Under the pieces are notes generated by a model. It saw only the letters and a program-made list of their open reading frames with translations, was not told the origin of the DNA and searched no databases. DNA of 60,280 nt, the filler included, from Jimgerdemannia flammicorona (taxonomy: Eukaryota): NCBI GenBank assembly GCA_003990765.1. It is 3 parts of 3 records of this genome, joined end to end, with 100 filler letters (N's around TTAATTAATTAA, not from the genome) between each part and the next. Parts side by side here need not be neighbours in the genome. Positions count along the whole stretch, not along the records: positions 20,135 to 40,163 come from RBNJ01001778.1; 2 more parts are not named here. One strand, 5' to 3'. Both the position numbers and the translations under genes were made by a program. Positions 22,292 to 35,600 of this stretch are shown here, piece by piece. Position 1 is the stretch's first letter, and the number at the start of each line of letters is the position of its first letter.

Positions 22292-25200
22292 ATAATGTAT
22301 TCTCCACTATAATACCAGTAACTACATCAATGTTATTTTATAAAAACATAAAAAAAATATTAAAATCTACTATACATTATTAGTAAAATAAAAGATTATA
22401 TTATAAGTTTACTTATAGTATAATGAAGTATAAATTTAGTGATATATTAAATAAATACAGTCTCACTATTGAGATTTGACCACTAGTTTTCATAATATAG
22501 CTTTGCTTATTTATACTATTTGAGAATTACAGTTATATTATTCAGTTCTAGAAATAATGTGATTTCTTCTAAAGTGATATAGTCATCACTATATAACAAA
22601 CTGGATAACAATCTATGTATATTATATTTCTTTTATTTTTTTATATTATATCTTACTATTTATCTTGGTAATTCTATCCTTATTTATTATGGATCATAAT
22701 ATTATATCTGACAATTTATCTCAGACCTCTTTTTATTTAAACTATCCTAGGATTGTTTTGATCTAAGCCATATATTGGAAAAGTAGTTATATATGTCTAG
22801 GTATATGACTACTTCTCAAACATTATATAATATTATTCACAAAATATATATATATAATATCAGTTTATTATCTATCTTCTATATACTAGATTTTTAAAAA
22901 TATTCTACACTTATACTATACTAACAGTAGTACTATATTTGTAGCTAATAATCAGACTAGTATAGTTATTCTAAAATAGTATAGCTTATATTGACTCCTT
23001 ATACTGATATAAAATCTTAGGTTCAAACATCCTTTCTCTACTATAATTTAGATTATATAAACTTTTACAATATCTATCATATAGTTTTTAGAGAAAACTA
23101 ACTAGTAATATGATAATATATAAGAGTTCAGATAGATATACTGAGTTAGATAGATCTGAGATCTTCAGGTAGCAGTATTTTGGACAAGAGTATGATCTAG
23201 AGATATGTAGGTCACTTTAGTAGTATAAGTAGGTAGACAGAATCTGGAGAGTATTTAGTAACTAATATAAATAGCAGAAGAGAGAGATCCATGAGATTTG
23301 TGGATAAGATAAAGACAGGAAAGTGACTACTCAGAGCAGTAAAGCTGGGGTGAGGGACCTAGTAAGCACTGAGAGGGCTGAAGAGTTATTGGCTGGCAGA
23401 GCTGATATAGAAGCTGGTAGAGTTGTAGCTAAAGGACTATTAATGATAGTATGACTGAGAATCTGAAAAAAAAAATCCAGATATAACAGCTAATGGCAGA
23501 GCTGGACTAGTAGGATGAGAAAGAAAAGGAAACCTAATAAATAGTATAATGAGCCTGATGGTAGCTCTATTACTTAAGAAATCAATCTTGAAATTTACAG
23601 TCATATTATACTTCTAGAGACTGGTAGTGATAGTGAAGATAGTACTAGGGCTGATCTTGAAGTAGATGGCTGAAGTAGCTTCAATGAAGTTCTTGTGAGA
23701 GCTAAAAGAAGTTGAGGTAGACTTTGAGGAGATCAGACCATTAAAGGAGGCTTTGAAAACTAGACTGATGTTTAGAGAGATAGTGGTGCTGATAATAAGA
23801 TATTTGAGATAGAACTCTAGGATAGTTTAGTTCCTGATAAAAGAGATTCTCATAGTGATTACTATTGAAACTAGATAGAGGATAGAGAAGGTAATAGTAG
23901 AGTATAATATATAGTAGATATTAGATTCCAGGACTAAGAGAGAACAGTGTTCAGAACTGATAATATGGATATTCAGATCAGACTTACTGAAAGAGAGGCT
24001 ACTGAGAAGACTCAGAACTGGTCTTCAGTAATAATGTGAGAGATATTTATATATAAGATAATAGGGGTAAAGAAGAGTATAAAGGAGGAGAAGGATCTAC
24101 TAAAGATCCTGGAGGAGCTCAGTAGAGTGGTAGAGTATTAGGTAGTAGCTTAGAGAGCTTATAAGATATTAATATACTTGGAGGTAGTGAATGGAAAGAG
24201 ATGGCAGATAGATAAGGTACTGTCAGAGAAAGCTTAGGAGAGAAAGTAGCAGAAAGAGCTATTGGTAAGATTGAAGGATAAACCTATTGCTGAGATGGAT
24301 AAAATCTCTAGTGGGTCAATAGTGAGTGTTTGGGCTGAGAATAGAGCTAGAAGGATGTGGTAGAGAGTAGAGAGGCTAGGAATAAGTAGCTCTATAATAA
24401 GGATATACTTGAAGTCTAGGAGGAGAAGAAGAGACTAGAAGTGAGAACTAGTGCTCAGAATATAGAGAGTGAGGTAGATGTGGAGATGAGGGGTATATAT
24501 AGAATTCAGTTTGAGGTTCCTGATATCATGAAAGGAGGGCAGGTGGTTAGTATTATAGAGGAGAAACTATAGAATATTTTGGAGAAAGAGTAGAATGAGT
24601 TAGTAGGTATAGATACTGATGTCACAATATAGAGAAGAGAGAGACCATCCTCTCCTAATAGAAAGAGTATCAGAGACTTGATGTAGATGATCAAAATGAA
24701 GAATAGCTTGAATGTTAAGAAGCTAAGAGAGGTGAACTTATAGGTGATCAGTGAGAAATAGTGAAGAGTGTATATTGAGAAAGAATAGTCTAATGGAGAA
24801 ACTAAAGGCTAAAGTACTGACTGTCTTACTAGAGGAGGAGAGTTATGAGGTTGATAAGGCTTAAGAGGCTGAATTAGCAACAATTACAAGAAAGAGGGCT
24901 ACTTTTTAGTTTAAGCAATAATATAGTCTGTAATGTTGATAGGAGGCTTATAAGAAATACAAAGAGAATATAGAAAAGAAGGATAATAAAACAATTACTG
25001 AGATTTTAGCTAGACTGAAGATAAGAGAGGCTGAGATAGTGGAGGCTGTGATAGTATAGTCTGGACTTGGCTTATGAGGAGATATGTAAGTATAGAGTTG
25101 AGGAGTTGAGTTTATTCTATAATATTATCTCCTTATAAATAGTATACCTAATTTTTTTTTTACTAAATATCAATGGCTTAAGGGGATCTATGAGACATTA

Positions 25201-26087
25201 TAACATTTTTTCTTAAATATAGAGTTTGGATGTAGAAATATTTCTATTGTAGAATATATACTAAGAAGAGAACTTAGATGGACAGGAGTGGATAAGAGAA
25301 TGGAGTAGTATTACAGTTTAGAGGAATAAGGTTAAGATTCTGATATAAAGTGGCAAAGGCAATCTTTATAGAGTTGAGGACTAGAGGAGCCAATTGGTCT
25401 GGAGGGAGTGGTAGAGACTAGGGTAGAAGTCTGTTATTATTAGATCATATTATTACTCAGTAGTGTAAGATGATTGTATTGAGTAACTAAATAGATTTAT
25501 TGATTATAATATACTAGCTAAGGCAGGAGTTGATATACTTAGAGTAACTTCAATATGATCAAAGACCTAGTAATAGATAGAACTGATTGAGAAAGAAGTA
25601 CTGGAGGCTGTAGTAGAGGTCTTGACATTTAGAAGAAGATAGAGAGAGTTAGCTCCTTGGTAAATGCTAGCAGGGTGATGTAGGGTGATTATAGGATCTA
25701 TACTCACTAAGTAAATGGTCTTGAAATAAGGATTGACTAAATGCTAACAGCTGACTGTTAGGGGTTGAATGTTTGAAAGAGTTTAGAGGTGAAGTAGTAC
25801 CCATGGTCTGACTATTAGAGATTATTGGAGCATGGTTAGTTTGGTAGGAGTAGTGCTCTGAACAGATTGAAATCTTTGGTGATATCACTCTTTCTTTTGT
25901 TCATTTTCACTCTGTTTTTTTTTTCCTGTTACACTTTAGTGACATCACTCTTTCTTTTGTTCTCTCTCTTCTTTTATTCTTTCTTTGTTCTTTTTCTTTG
26001 TTCTTTTTCTTTCCTGCTGTATTACAAGTAAACAAAACAGTAACTCTTAATCATACATTGGTCTAGTCTACTCATTTTTACCCTACA

Positions 26088-26690
26088 ATGATTGTCAAAA
26101 GAGAGAGTATTCAAGGTGAAAATGTACTCTCTGCTGACAATGTTAAATTCTTTCTCATATAGGCAATATACAAGCTGCTCATCAAGAGCCAAAGAGGTAA
26201 TGGCAGTAGTAATAGCAGTAGTGATAGTGATGGTAGTGGTGATGACAATGGTGGTAGTGATGGTAGTAGTGATAGTGATGGTGGTGGTAATGGTAATGGT
26301 GGTGGCAATGGTAGAGATGAAGGAGAATTCCAGTAATAACTCATGGCAGCCCTTTGGATCTTGGAATTCACAGACCTCACAGCTATGTATGTGATAGTCT
26401 TTTTGAAGTAGCTGATAGTCAATATAGGTTACTCATTCTGCTGCTACTTATTTATTTATGTTTACTTTTTTAATTTCCCCTAGCATAACCCAATTCACCT
26501 TGTGCTTTTCTTAGGATCTATAGCTCTATAGTGAGATTTACTGACTTTATTCACAATATCTGGTCAAGATGAAGAAAGGCTGGCAGATATTACAGAGCAT
26601 GCCTTTGGTGGCTGAGCTGTTGAGTTAATATATTATATAGCAAAGGTCTCAAAAGAAACAGAAGCAAGCCTTTATGAGTAATCTTATATA
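26088..26690 (+). pseudogene. Cargo gene in the hAT element (Gly/Ser/Asp-rich linker, one intron), convergent with the transposase
   Basis: ATG at 26088, frame MIVKRESIQGENVLSADNVKFFL...GGGNGRDEGEF..LMAALWILEF. GTATGT donor at ~26387 and pyrimidine-rich TTAG acceptor at ~26515. Confidence 0.5.
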
Positions 26691-28409
26691 ACTCATGCAA
26701 CTCATCAGCATACAACTCACTCACTTATGCTCTTTTTCTAAAATACCCATCTCTATATTTTATTTAACTTTATTTTTATATAGTCTCCTCTAAAAAACAC
26801 TCACATGATACCCATATGATATCTGTACACAACCCATCTATATACAATCCATCTATATGCAACTCATCTGCATACAATCTATCTACATGTAACCCATCTA
26901 TATATAACTGTATGCAATCCACCTGTATACTTATATCAGCCCCTCAGATCAGGGCTCAGTTCTATTGGAAAGGAGAGTTCAAAGTTATCTGAGTTTAACC
27001 ATATCTGATATCTGATCAAATAGAGAAATTCAAGGACAAGATCTTTAGCATAAGTAGTACCAGAATCATCATCAAGGCTTGGGGGTCTATATTCAAATCA
27101 GAGCTAATCATTCTTAATCAAGAAGTCTATTGGCCAGCAGGAGTAACTAATGACAAAGAGAATTATATTATTATTAATGATCATGGAGAGGTAGTTACAA
27201 TGGTGGTAAGAAATCTCTATAGTGATGAGCTTCACCACCATATCAATTTATAAGAATTGTATCAAATACCAGATGGCAGAAAAGAGGGGGCAAAAAAAGC
27301 AAGGAAGGGGGGTTTGGACAGGAATTAGGTATACTGTAACACTGGTAAAGAGTGAGTTCTGGAGTTCTGAAATCCCCCACACTCATCTCTCTTTTTTTTT
27401 TTTTCCTTCTCAGATAATCACTCTCTCTGCTGACATACTCTTTTTGATATAATTTCAGAGATCCACAAGATTCTATACCCCTACTAGAACTTTAGAAGTA
27501 CTGTTGAAGAGCAAACTGTATGTGAGTATGACATAGCCTGTATGGTAATGGTGGCTATGATCTGGGGTTCTTTGAGCAGATTGGTAGAGCATATAAGCTT
27601 GGTAGTGATCTCAGTATAGCTGTATATATATTCTTGGTACAATTTAGTATACTATATGAGGTGAGAATTTTAGTGCTGCAGTCTGGGGGATTTCTGCAGC
27701 CCAGGGGGTTTCTGCCCCCCTGCATATAAAAAGGACTAACTGGATGCTATCTGTTTTAGTAGATTTCCAAGTTGGGGCTCCTGGGGCTAGACCAAGAGTA
27801 GGTATCCACCAGTACAGCCTGATAGTATGAGGTCCTAGACTAAGGGTTCACCCAACTGTATACTTATATCACATCAAGATATGTTAGGTACAATATTTCT
27901 CTGCTCACACATACAGACAACAATATTACTTCAGTAATATTTTATATCTCAGAAAGGAAGGGCCTAACCTGGGAGGATAGTAGCAGAGTCTAGTATAATC
28001 TCACCTATAGTTTCAGAGTTCTATTTGTTGTCAATATAGCTATTCTATTTCAATCACATAATTACCACAATACTGTTGCCTTCAAGAAGAGCTCACACAA
28101 TAGTCATCACACTCACAATGGATAACAAGCTTATTAAGGTCTGGGACCAGTGAGTGGAGCAGTTTTTGTAAGGGTTAAGCAATCTTTTATAAGGGTTCAG
28201 CAGTCATTTTATATGAGTTGAGCAGTCTTTTATAGGGGATTGGGCTGGAAGCTGGGTATCTCTTCTGTAGCACTAGTTTAGCCATTATGTTAGGTTCTAC
28301 TAACCCCTTGGCTCTGCTCTGTAGTGCCACCAGTGTGGTGTTGTGGTGCAGGGTCAGAGTGCTCATAGGACCTGAACTGGTGACAGAGCCCAAATCTGTA
28401 GTAGACTTT

Positions 28410-28550
28410 GACTACCAGAAGTACCCTTTGATCACTAGAAGTACTCTCTGACTGCTAAAAGTACCCTCTAACTACCAGAAGTACCCTCTAACTGCCAGAA
28501 GTACCCTCTAACTGCCAGAAGTACTCTCTGACCACTAGAAGCATCTTTTA
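28410..28550. repeat. Minisatellite, ~7 x 20 bp (ACTRCCAGAAGTACCCTCTR)
   Basis: Directly visible tandem units. Confidence 0.9.
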
Positions 28551-28569
28551 ACCCAGACTCAGACTCCTT

Positions 28570-29110
28570 GGCAGCTTGGGGTTGCCCCTATACTGCTGGC
28601 AGAGGACTGCAAATTTTGCATACTCTTTCTGTCAATCTCACTGATCCCCTGGCCCAGGTACAGGCTGCTTGGAGGTGCCCTATGCAGTTGACAGAGGGCT
28701 ATAAATTTTGTGTACTTCCTCTACCAACCCCCTCATCCTGAATACTTATAGCTTGGAGCTGCTCCTTATTACCAGCAGAGGGTAACAAATTTTGCATGCT
28801 CTCTCTGCTGACTCTATGCCCACTGACCTGGGCACTGATGGCTTGAGACTGCCTCTTGCTGCTAGTAGAGGATCACAAATTTTGCACACTCCCTCCACCT
28901 ATCCTGTCCCCTTCACCTACCCCTCTATCCTAGATACTTGTGGCTTGGGGCTGTCTCTTACTGCCAGCAGAGGACTGTAAATTTTGTGTGCTCCCTCCAC
29001 TGACTCTATGCCTACTGACTCTGCCCACTGATCTAGATACTGACAGCTTGGGACTGCTCTTACTGCTGGCAGAGGGCCACAAATTTTGCATACTCTCTCT
29101 ACTACCATCA
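28570..29110. repeat. Six-unit array of a ~55-60-bp conserved core separated by variable linkers
   Basis: Core GCTTGGGGCTGCYCYT..CTGCYRGCAGAGGRCYRCAAATTTTGCRYRCTCYCTC recurs six times. Confidence 0.85.
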
Positions 29111-29230
29111 ACTCCACTGACCACTGCCCTACTTGGACTAAAAACTCTGGGCTGAGTTCTAAGTTTTTTTATCCTTTTTATTTTTGAAGTATTAAATAAT
29201 CCACAAGGCCAATTAACTTATCTGCAAATC

Positions 29231-30333
29231 CTAGGACCTGCCAAATTTTAGTAGCCTAAGCCCCACTAAGATTTCAGACATATACATATATATCTGGATT
29301 GTCTCAGCATTCAGCATATACCTCTTAGGGACAACAAGATCTACCCCACCTATGAATACCCACTCAATGGGAGTACTGGAGGTAGGAATTGTCAGATAGT
29401 CCCAAGCCATACTACATAGTTTGAAAAAGTCTGTTTGATATAGCTGCATGCTCTGGTGGATAGTGAAGTAGTTAGAATGGTAGATTAAATTGGCCCAATA
29501 CAACCAACCACCTGCCTGACAACTCATCTTCTACCAGTTGAGCACCTCTGCATTCTCCAGCAGGATCATGTGGTCACTGGTAAGATAAATGGTGAGTTCA
29601 TCTATTGATGGTAGCTCTTCCACTAATGGCTCCATCTTCTTCTTTCTGCTGAAGTAAATATGAGACAGGAGGGATTCCTTGGTATATTCTTCCAGACTTT
29701 GACCAGAACCTTATAGTGGTGTATAGTTTTTCTGGTATATTTTGATTATGGCCTGCTTGGTTCTCTCAATGAAGTACTGCTCTCAGCCCTGATCTTTATA
29801 GTATTGTAACTTTAAGTGTGGATCCAGTACTGTTTAGAGAAAGAGAGTGAGTTTTTGCAGGAGTTTCTCTGTTTTTGAAAGAGACAATAGCCACATGCTG
29901 ACATATCTGTACTGATTGAGTATATAGTGATATTTGTTTTGGAGTAGTATTTTCTGAGCTTGCTTAGAACAACCTCTACAGTATCTCTCTGATCTAGACT
30001 TAACTGTAAATTACCACAACTCTCTAGTCTGTCCTCAAGCTAGTCCTCTAGCCAGTCAATCAGAAGGTTATATATTAGTATTGCAGAGCTTATTGTTGAG
30101 GTCATTTGTTTGACTATATCCTTCATACAATCATTGAAACACTGGCAGTTATATATGGTGAGGTATTATATTATACAGAGGTAGACAAAATGAGTGTAGG
30201 GCCAGAGCAATCATCACTTACTTTCAAAACTCTAACAATATTCCTAAGTACATCTCACTTGCTTTCTCCTAGAGCCTTGCCCCACATTTCCTTATTGACA
30301 GCTACCATTGAATCTATTGACTTTTTTTGTTTT

Positions 30334-30378
<45 letters not shown>

Positions 30379-31800
30379 TCTTCAATCATCTAAAATAAGT
30401 TACTTCAGCTGACCAAAGAAAAAAGAATACATACTATAGCAAACTCCAGCATGTGCTGGATTATTGTAAATGTTGAGTTTCAACATATATAGACATCTAA
30501 TATAAGCTCTTTTAGGGCTAAACTAATTGTCCTATACTATATAGTAAATTTGTCTTATTATTGTAGAGATGATCAGACCAATACAACCAGTTAGTACAGC
30601 TTGGAAACTATACTCAGGGCCCCTTCTCTCTTGAATGTTTTGTCTATATGTATAAGATAGTCCTGAACAGTGAGGTTCAGTATGTGGGTCTGGTATCACA
30701 TATAGCAGCTTTCTATACTAAAGATCACATTTTCCTATTTGAGGCTAACTACTAAAACTTGGAAAAATGTTGAGTTATTTGTAGCATTATCCATCATAAT
30801 AGTCAAAATCTGTACTTAAAATATTTGGTCAGCAAATTTATGTGAAAATAAATAACTAATAAAATCTGTTTTTGTTAGGATCTCTCTCAAAATACTGATC
30901 TAATAGCAAGTCTCCCTTTTTTATCTTGCTTGTGATCCCAAGCTCCCAAATACAACTAATAAAAGCATCTGCAATGTTGTCTTCAGAATGAGGGCCAGCA
31001 AGTTTGACAAAGTTAAGGATGAGAGATTTAAGCTGTCAATTGAGATCAATCTAATGACTAGTAATGCCCAGAAATGAAATTATATTAGTGGATATCCATG
31101 TGTTGATTGTAAATAAAATTTTGCCTACTGAATTCTGCTTATTGAATGTGAGATTAAATTAGTGAGCTCTTTATATATAATTCAGCTTGCAAAGATCATA
31201 GTGCTGCCCTTATTTATTTATTTTATCTGAAGTATCTGGTAAAGATTGTTATACTTCTTCCTATAGGCCTCCAGGACATCTTTGTGAATATGTAGTATCA
31301 GTACTTGGCAAATATAAATCATACTTGAGAAGACCAAAGATGCTATGCAATTGATCACTCTCAATAATTGTGAATGGCTAGTCTGTGTATATACTCTAGC
31401 AAATGAGCCAATTTTGAAATTCTACTAAAGAGTATGGCTAAATATTTTTGATTAAATAGGGTTTTTAGTACAGAAATAGTCAGGCAATCAGATAAACATA
31501 CCCACTACAGCTTGAATATCAATTTTATTTATCTCTATATTCTTTTTGATTTTGTCAGAATACTTGTCTTTTATGTATTAATATATGTTTGAAATCAAAC
31601 TACTATGTATTTTGAACTTCTGGCTATACAGTTTATGGGGGTAGATGAAACAATATTATATATGTGTTAAACAAAGTATTAGTTATATTATAGATACATC
31701 TTCTTTGTTTTTTTAAAAAAAAATTTATCCCAAACAACATCATCTTCCATCTTAGTATAATATTACCAGATTTTAGAGTGAGGATTATATAGAAGATGTG
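29231..31800 (-). pseudogene. hAT transposase (intron-containing, decayed)
   Basis: FTINTWISTN..SFLGITSH*ID (DxWT), GPHSEDNIA, MDNATNN, THILNL, DVYIC*NST (TRWNST), and hATC YLTIPTSSTPIEWVF. Confidence 0.9.
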
Positions 31801-31870
31801 GAACTATTGGAGATATTTGACTTGAAGTATCATCAGTACTGTAAACTGTTGAAGACTGATCTATCAACAT

Positions 31871-31908
<38 letters not shown>

Positions 31909-31959
31909 ATGTGTATTTATATGTGTGTATATTGTATATATAGATATATCCAGCATATG

Positions 31960-32330
31960 AGTCATGTGGAGGATTTAGATTGGAGAATTCAGATTGGAGA
32001 ATTTGGATTAGAGGATTCAGTTGAAAAATTTGAATGAGGATTCAGATTGAAGGATTCAAATTGGCAAATTTGAATTGGAGAATTTGAATTAGAGAATTCA
32101 GATTAAGTGATTCAGATTGAGTAATTCAGAATTGAGTAATTCAGATTAAGTGATTTGGATTGAGTGATTCAGATTGAGTGGTTTAGATGGGATGGTTTGA
32201 ATGGGGTAATTTGGATAGGTAATTCAGATAGAGCAATTCAGATGGAATAATTCAGATGGCTTCAGATTTGAGATTCAGATCAAACTGTCATGTGATGAAT
32301 CAAATCTAGATTTGATTCAAATTGACTCAT
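31960..32330. repeat. hAT subterminal tandem repeats (~15-bp GATTCAGATTG-type units)
   Basis: About 20 degenerate units adjacent to the TIR; a related GATTCAAATTTGATTC motif occurs in the MITE. Confidence 0.85.
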
Positions 32331-32699
32331 TCAGAGCACTAGGTAGAAGTAAGGATGGACCTGGATATTGACAACTCAATTCCTCCTTACTAGCTAAGAA
32401 GAATTTATAGGATACTTGGGTAGGGGATATTGGGTTGAAGATTATTTTTTAAAACTATAAGAGGCTCCTAATAGGGGTCTATTAAATGAGATTTAAGAAA
32501 GCTACTAGAGTATATTAGAGAGAAATAGGTGAGTTTGCTGAAAAGAAGCAGCAGAGGAGGATGAGGTGGGCCTCTGATAGGTTGGTCCAGTTGTAGATAG
32601 AATGAGCTGATCTGTTGAACCAGGGAATAGTGGATAATTTTTTTTTTTTTTTTATAGTCTCTTGGACTGCCCTTTATTACCAAAGTCTATAATGTATAC

Positions 32700-35600
32700 A
32701 ATACAATGCCACCCCTGTCCTCAACCAACACCCCGAGGGCCCAAACCCTCCCTCTCAACCTCCCCCTGCCCGAGCACCACCCAATTACCTACCACCCGAA
32801 CCCTCCCACCACTCTTCTGGGCAATACTCTGCACCAGACCCCTGCGGTACCCCCCACCCATCCCCTAACCTTGCCACCAACTATTCAAAATATCCAACAT
32901 CAACCATTCCCACCTAGCCATCTTGTCACCAACCCCCACCCAGCGCCCTTCCTTGAATACATAAACCCAGTACCCTGCCAGTCCAACCTACATAGCCAAA
33001 GCCCAACTAAGGGTCAGCCATTTGTCCCCAACTCCACCTACCATGCACCGGCAGAGCTCTCCTCACCTCCTCTCCTCCTCACCCTCTCTGGCCCCCATTC
33101 CTACCCTGTCTATAATACCCCTCCAAAACTCCCCCAAAACCTCGCATTCACTAAGCCAATGTTCAGGCATTTGTATCACTCCTCCCTCCTGACCAACATT
33201 GAAACAATCCTCGCACTTGAATACCCCACCATCCACCAAGTATCCAGACTGATAGTTCAACATCACATTCTGCCATAGAACCCTCCACTATACCACCCAG
33301 AACTTGGGGGGCAGCCACTGCTGCACCTGTTTGCTCCAAAGCCAGAGTCCATTCCAATTCCACTCCTCCCCAATTCCAACCCTCTGCCAGGCTTCTGGCC
33401 AAAGGTCCCTGCAGATACTCCAGACCCTCGCCAAGCTGAAAGTCCTCCACCAGGACCCCCCCCAAAAGAAGCCTGTCCCACTGCCATATCCACGGTCCCC
33501 AATCCTCCTCGGCTTCATCCCCTCACCACTGAAGTCCAATCTTCTTAGCACCATCCACCACCCCCTACCAAAAGCCCATAAACCGCATCTTCCTGCTCCC
33601 TTCCATGGCCACCATCGCAAGCAGATCTCTGGAGCCACCACATGGGGAGTACCAAACCTCCCACAACCTCTGCATGAGGGGCACCCACTCCCGCCCCCTG
33701 AGCTCGCTTGCCCTTCACAGCCACCAGACTCTCAGACATAGAAGTTGCCTAGTAAAGTCCACTAAGCCCAGCCCACCTCTTTCCAAGTGTAGTGTGAGCA
33801 CCTCCCAACCAACCTGGCTCTGCTGTCCTCCCCAGATCCATGACCTCGCCATCTTCAACAACTCCTTAATCACCCAGGTAGGAAGGTCCAAATGATATCC
33901 AATATACCACAGCTTCGGCATCTAGTATACATTCAACACCATCACTCTTCTGGCAAGGGACATATGCTGGCCTCCCCATCTCAGCAAAACATCACCCCAC
34001 TCCAGAAGTTTATGGTTCCACCATACCCGGGGAAGAAGGGATCCAAACACTGAGAAGTAGATCCCCAAGTAGTGCACTGGTTCACCTGCTAGCACCACCA
34101 TCCCAATAACATTGCCACCAACAATTCCAGCACCCAGCACTAGCATCTCACATTTGTGCCAGTTAAGTTTAGCACCAGAACCCTGCTCATACCATTCCAC
34201 AGTTCTCTGTAGCTTTCCCACATCTCCCAAGGAGCCCAGCCCGACCACCATATCATCAGCAAAGGCCCCCACCTTCCAGTTTACCCCTAAAATGTCCAAG
34301 CCTCCAATCTTATGCCGAATCCTGTCCAATAGCAGCTCCAGGGAGAGAGCATACAATATGGGTGACAATGGGTCCCCTTGTGGCACCCCGCGTCCCAGGG
34401 GAAAGGTTACCCCCCAGTAGTTATTAATGACCAATGCTGCCTGACTGTCCTCTAAGAGGCTGATTAATGCTCTTTGGACCCTTGGCGGGACACTAATCCA
34501 CTTCAGCACTCCTTTCAGCCATAATCTCCACACTCTATCATAAGCCTTCTCCTGGTTCAGAAATACCAATCTGCCATCCACCCCTGTCGCCTGAGCACCT
34601 TCAATCACTCCATGAACCCAGGCTGTCCCATCCCAAATCAACCAACCACCGACAAACCCACATTGCTCCACACCAAGAACCTGCTGGGCGATGCTCTGCA
34701 ACCTCACCACCAAGATTTTTGTCACCAATTTGCGATCCATATCGAGAAGTATAATCGGCCGCTAGTTCTTCCAGTCCTCACACCTTCCCTTGTCCTTAAA
34801 GAGCAAAGAGACCAGTCCTAAGCGCTGTCCCCCAATCCAGGCCCCAGACCGAAGAACTCCATCACACATAGCAGTTATTTCCTCTAGCACCACACCCACC
34901 CCGGCCATCTTCTGCCAAAAATCTCAGGGAAGCCCATCCTCTCCTGGAGCCGTCCCCTTACTCGTTGAGGCCACAATCCTGCAAATCTCCTCACCACTCA
35001 CTGGGTCCCCCAATGCCCCAAGACCCATTGCAGGGTCTGGATACCAATCCCCCAGCTGTCTTTCAATGTTCAGGGCATCCAATCCCCCATCCTCCTCACT
35101 CCAAAGATTCCTCCACTAGGTTCGTAGTAGGTCCAGAATTGCCAGCGTCCCCACCACCAGCTCACCATTCTCATCCAAAACCCCCTCCCACCACTGCCTC
35201 ATACGTCATGCTTGTAACAACCATGACAAGAATCTGGTAGGCCTCTCCCCCTCCTCAAGCCCCTGCCACCACAGGTGAGCCACCATTCCCTGCAACTGCT
35301 CCTCCTCCTCTCTACATAGTACCCCTTTGAGCTTCTCCACCTCCTGCTGTATTCTTACAATACGCCAATCAGTCATGGCCCCCTCCTCCAGCACACCTGC
35401 CCATCTCTCCATAAGTGCTGCTAGACGCCGCGAGGCCCACAGTACCTGCCACCTTCACTGGGCACACTTTCCTTTCCCTGCTTCCCTCCAATACTCCTGA
35501 GCCTTCACCTTCAGCCTTCTCCAGTGGTCCCCAATCTCCAGTCCTTGTTTCTGCCACCTACCTATGTTTCCAACCACCTCTGATTCCCATCTCTCCCACA

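Larger units (their letters stand above)
25851..32341 (-). mobile_element. hAT DNA transposon, 6.5 kb, with cargo
   Basis: Perfect 12-bp TIR TAGTGCTCTGAA / TTCAGAGCACTA. 8-bp TSD GGTAGGAG (25843-25850) / GGTAGAAG (32342-32349). The host LINE rejoins across it. Confidence 0.95.
23020..32637 (+). mobile_element. Old decayed L1/Tx1-like LINE (ORF1 + APE), split by the hAT element and cut by a younger LINE
   Basis: 23291 MRFVDKIK and ~23580 KKSILKFTVILYF parallel ORF1 of the 32637-38400 LINE. The APE region at 25150-25850 continues at 32342 (KDGPGY*QLNSSLL). Confidence 0.8.

Noticed and set aside
22300..23020. Possible decayed minus-strand gene next to H4
   Set aside because: Too AT-rich and degenerate to assign a frame or family.
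26092..26422. Val/Met-rich membrane-like ORF and the opposite Pro/Leu-rich ORF
   Set aside because: Alternative frames of a decayed trinucleotide (Gly-codon) repeat.
27800..27856. Hammerhead or HDV ribozyme at the hairpin end (CTGA..TGAG)
   Set aside because: Could not place the CUGANGA...GAAA core or an HDV pseudoknot by eye; a covariance-model search would be needed.
28770..29080. CTCF-like motif CCAGCAGAGGGC in the repeat cores
   Set aside because: CTCF is a bilaterian animal protein and the context looks fungal; probably a chance match.
28570..29110. CRISPR array
   Set aside because: Eukaryotic TE context, no cas genes, repeats too long and degenerate, and spacers related to one another.
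31870..31950. (TA)n/(TG)n tract and the ORF over it
   Set aside because: Ordinary microsatellite, likely enhanced by CpG decay.
32706..33278. 190-aa Pro-rich plus-strand ORF and other plus-strand ORFs across 33-38 kb
   Set aside because: Antisense shadows of the G-rich LINE ORFs; a C-rich strand is naturally poor in stops.
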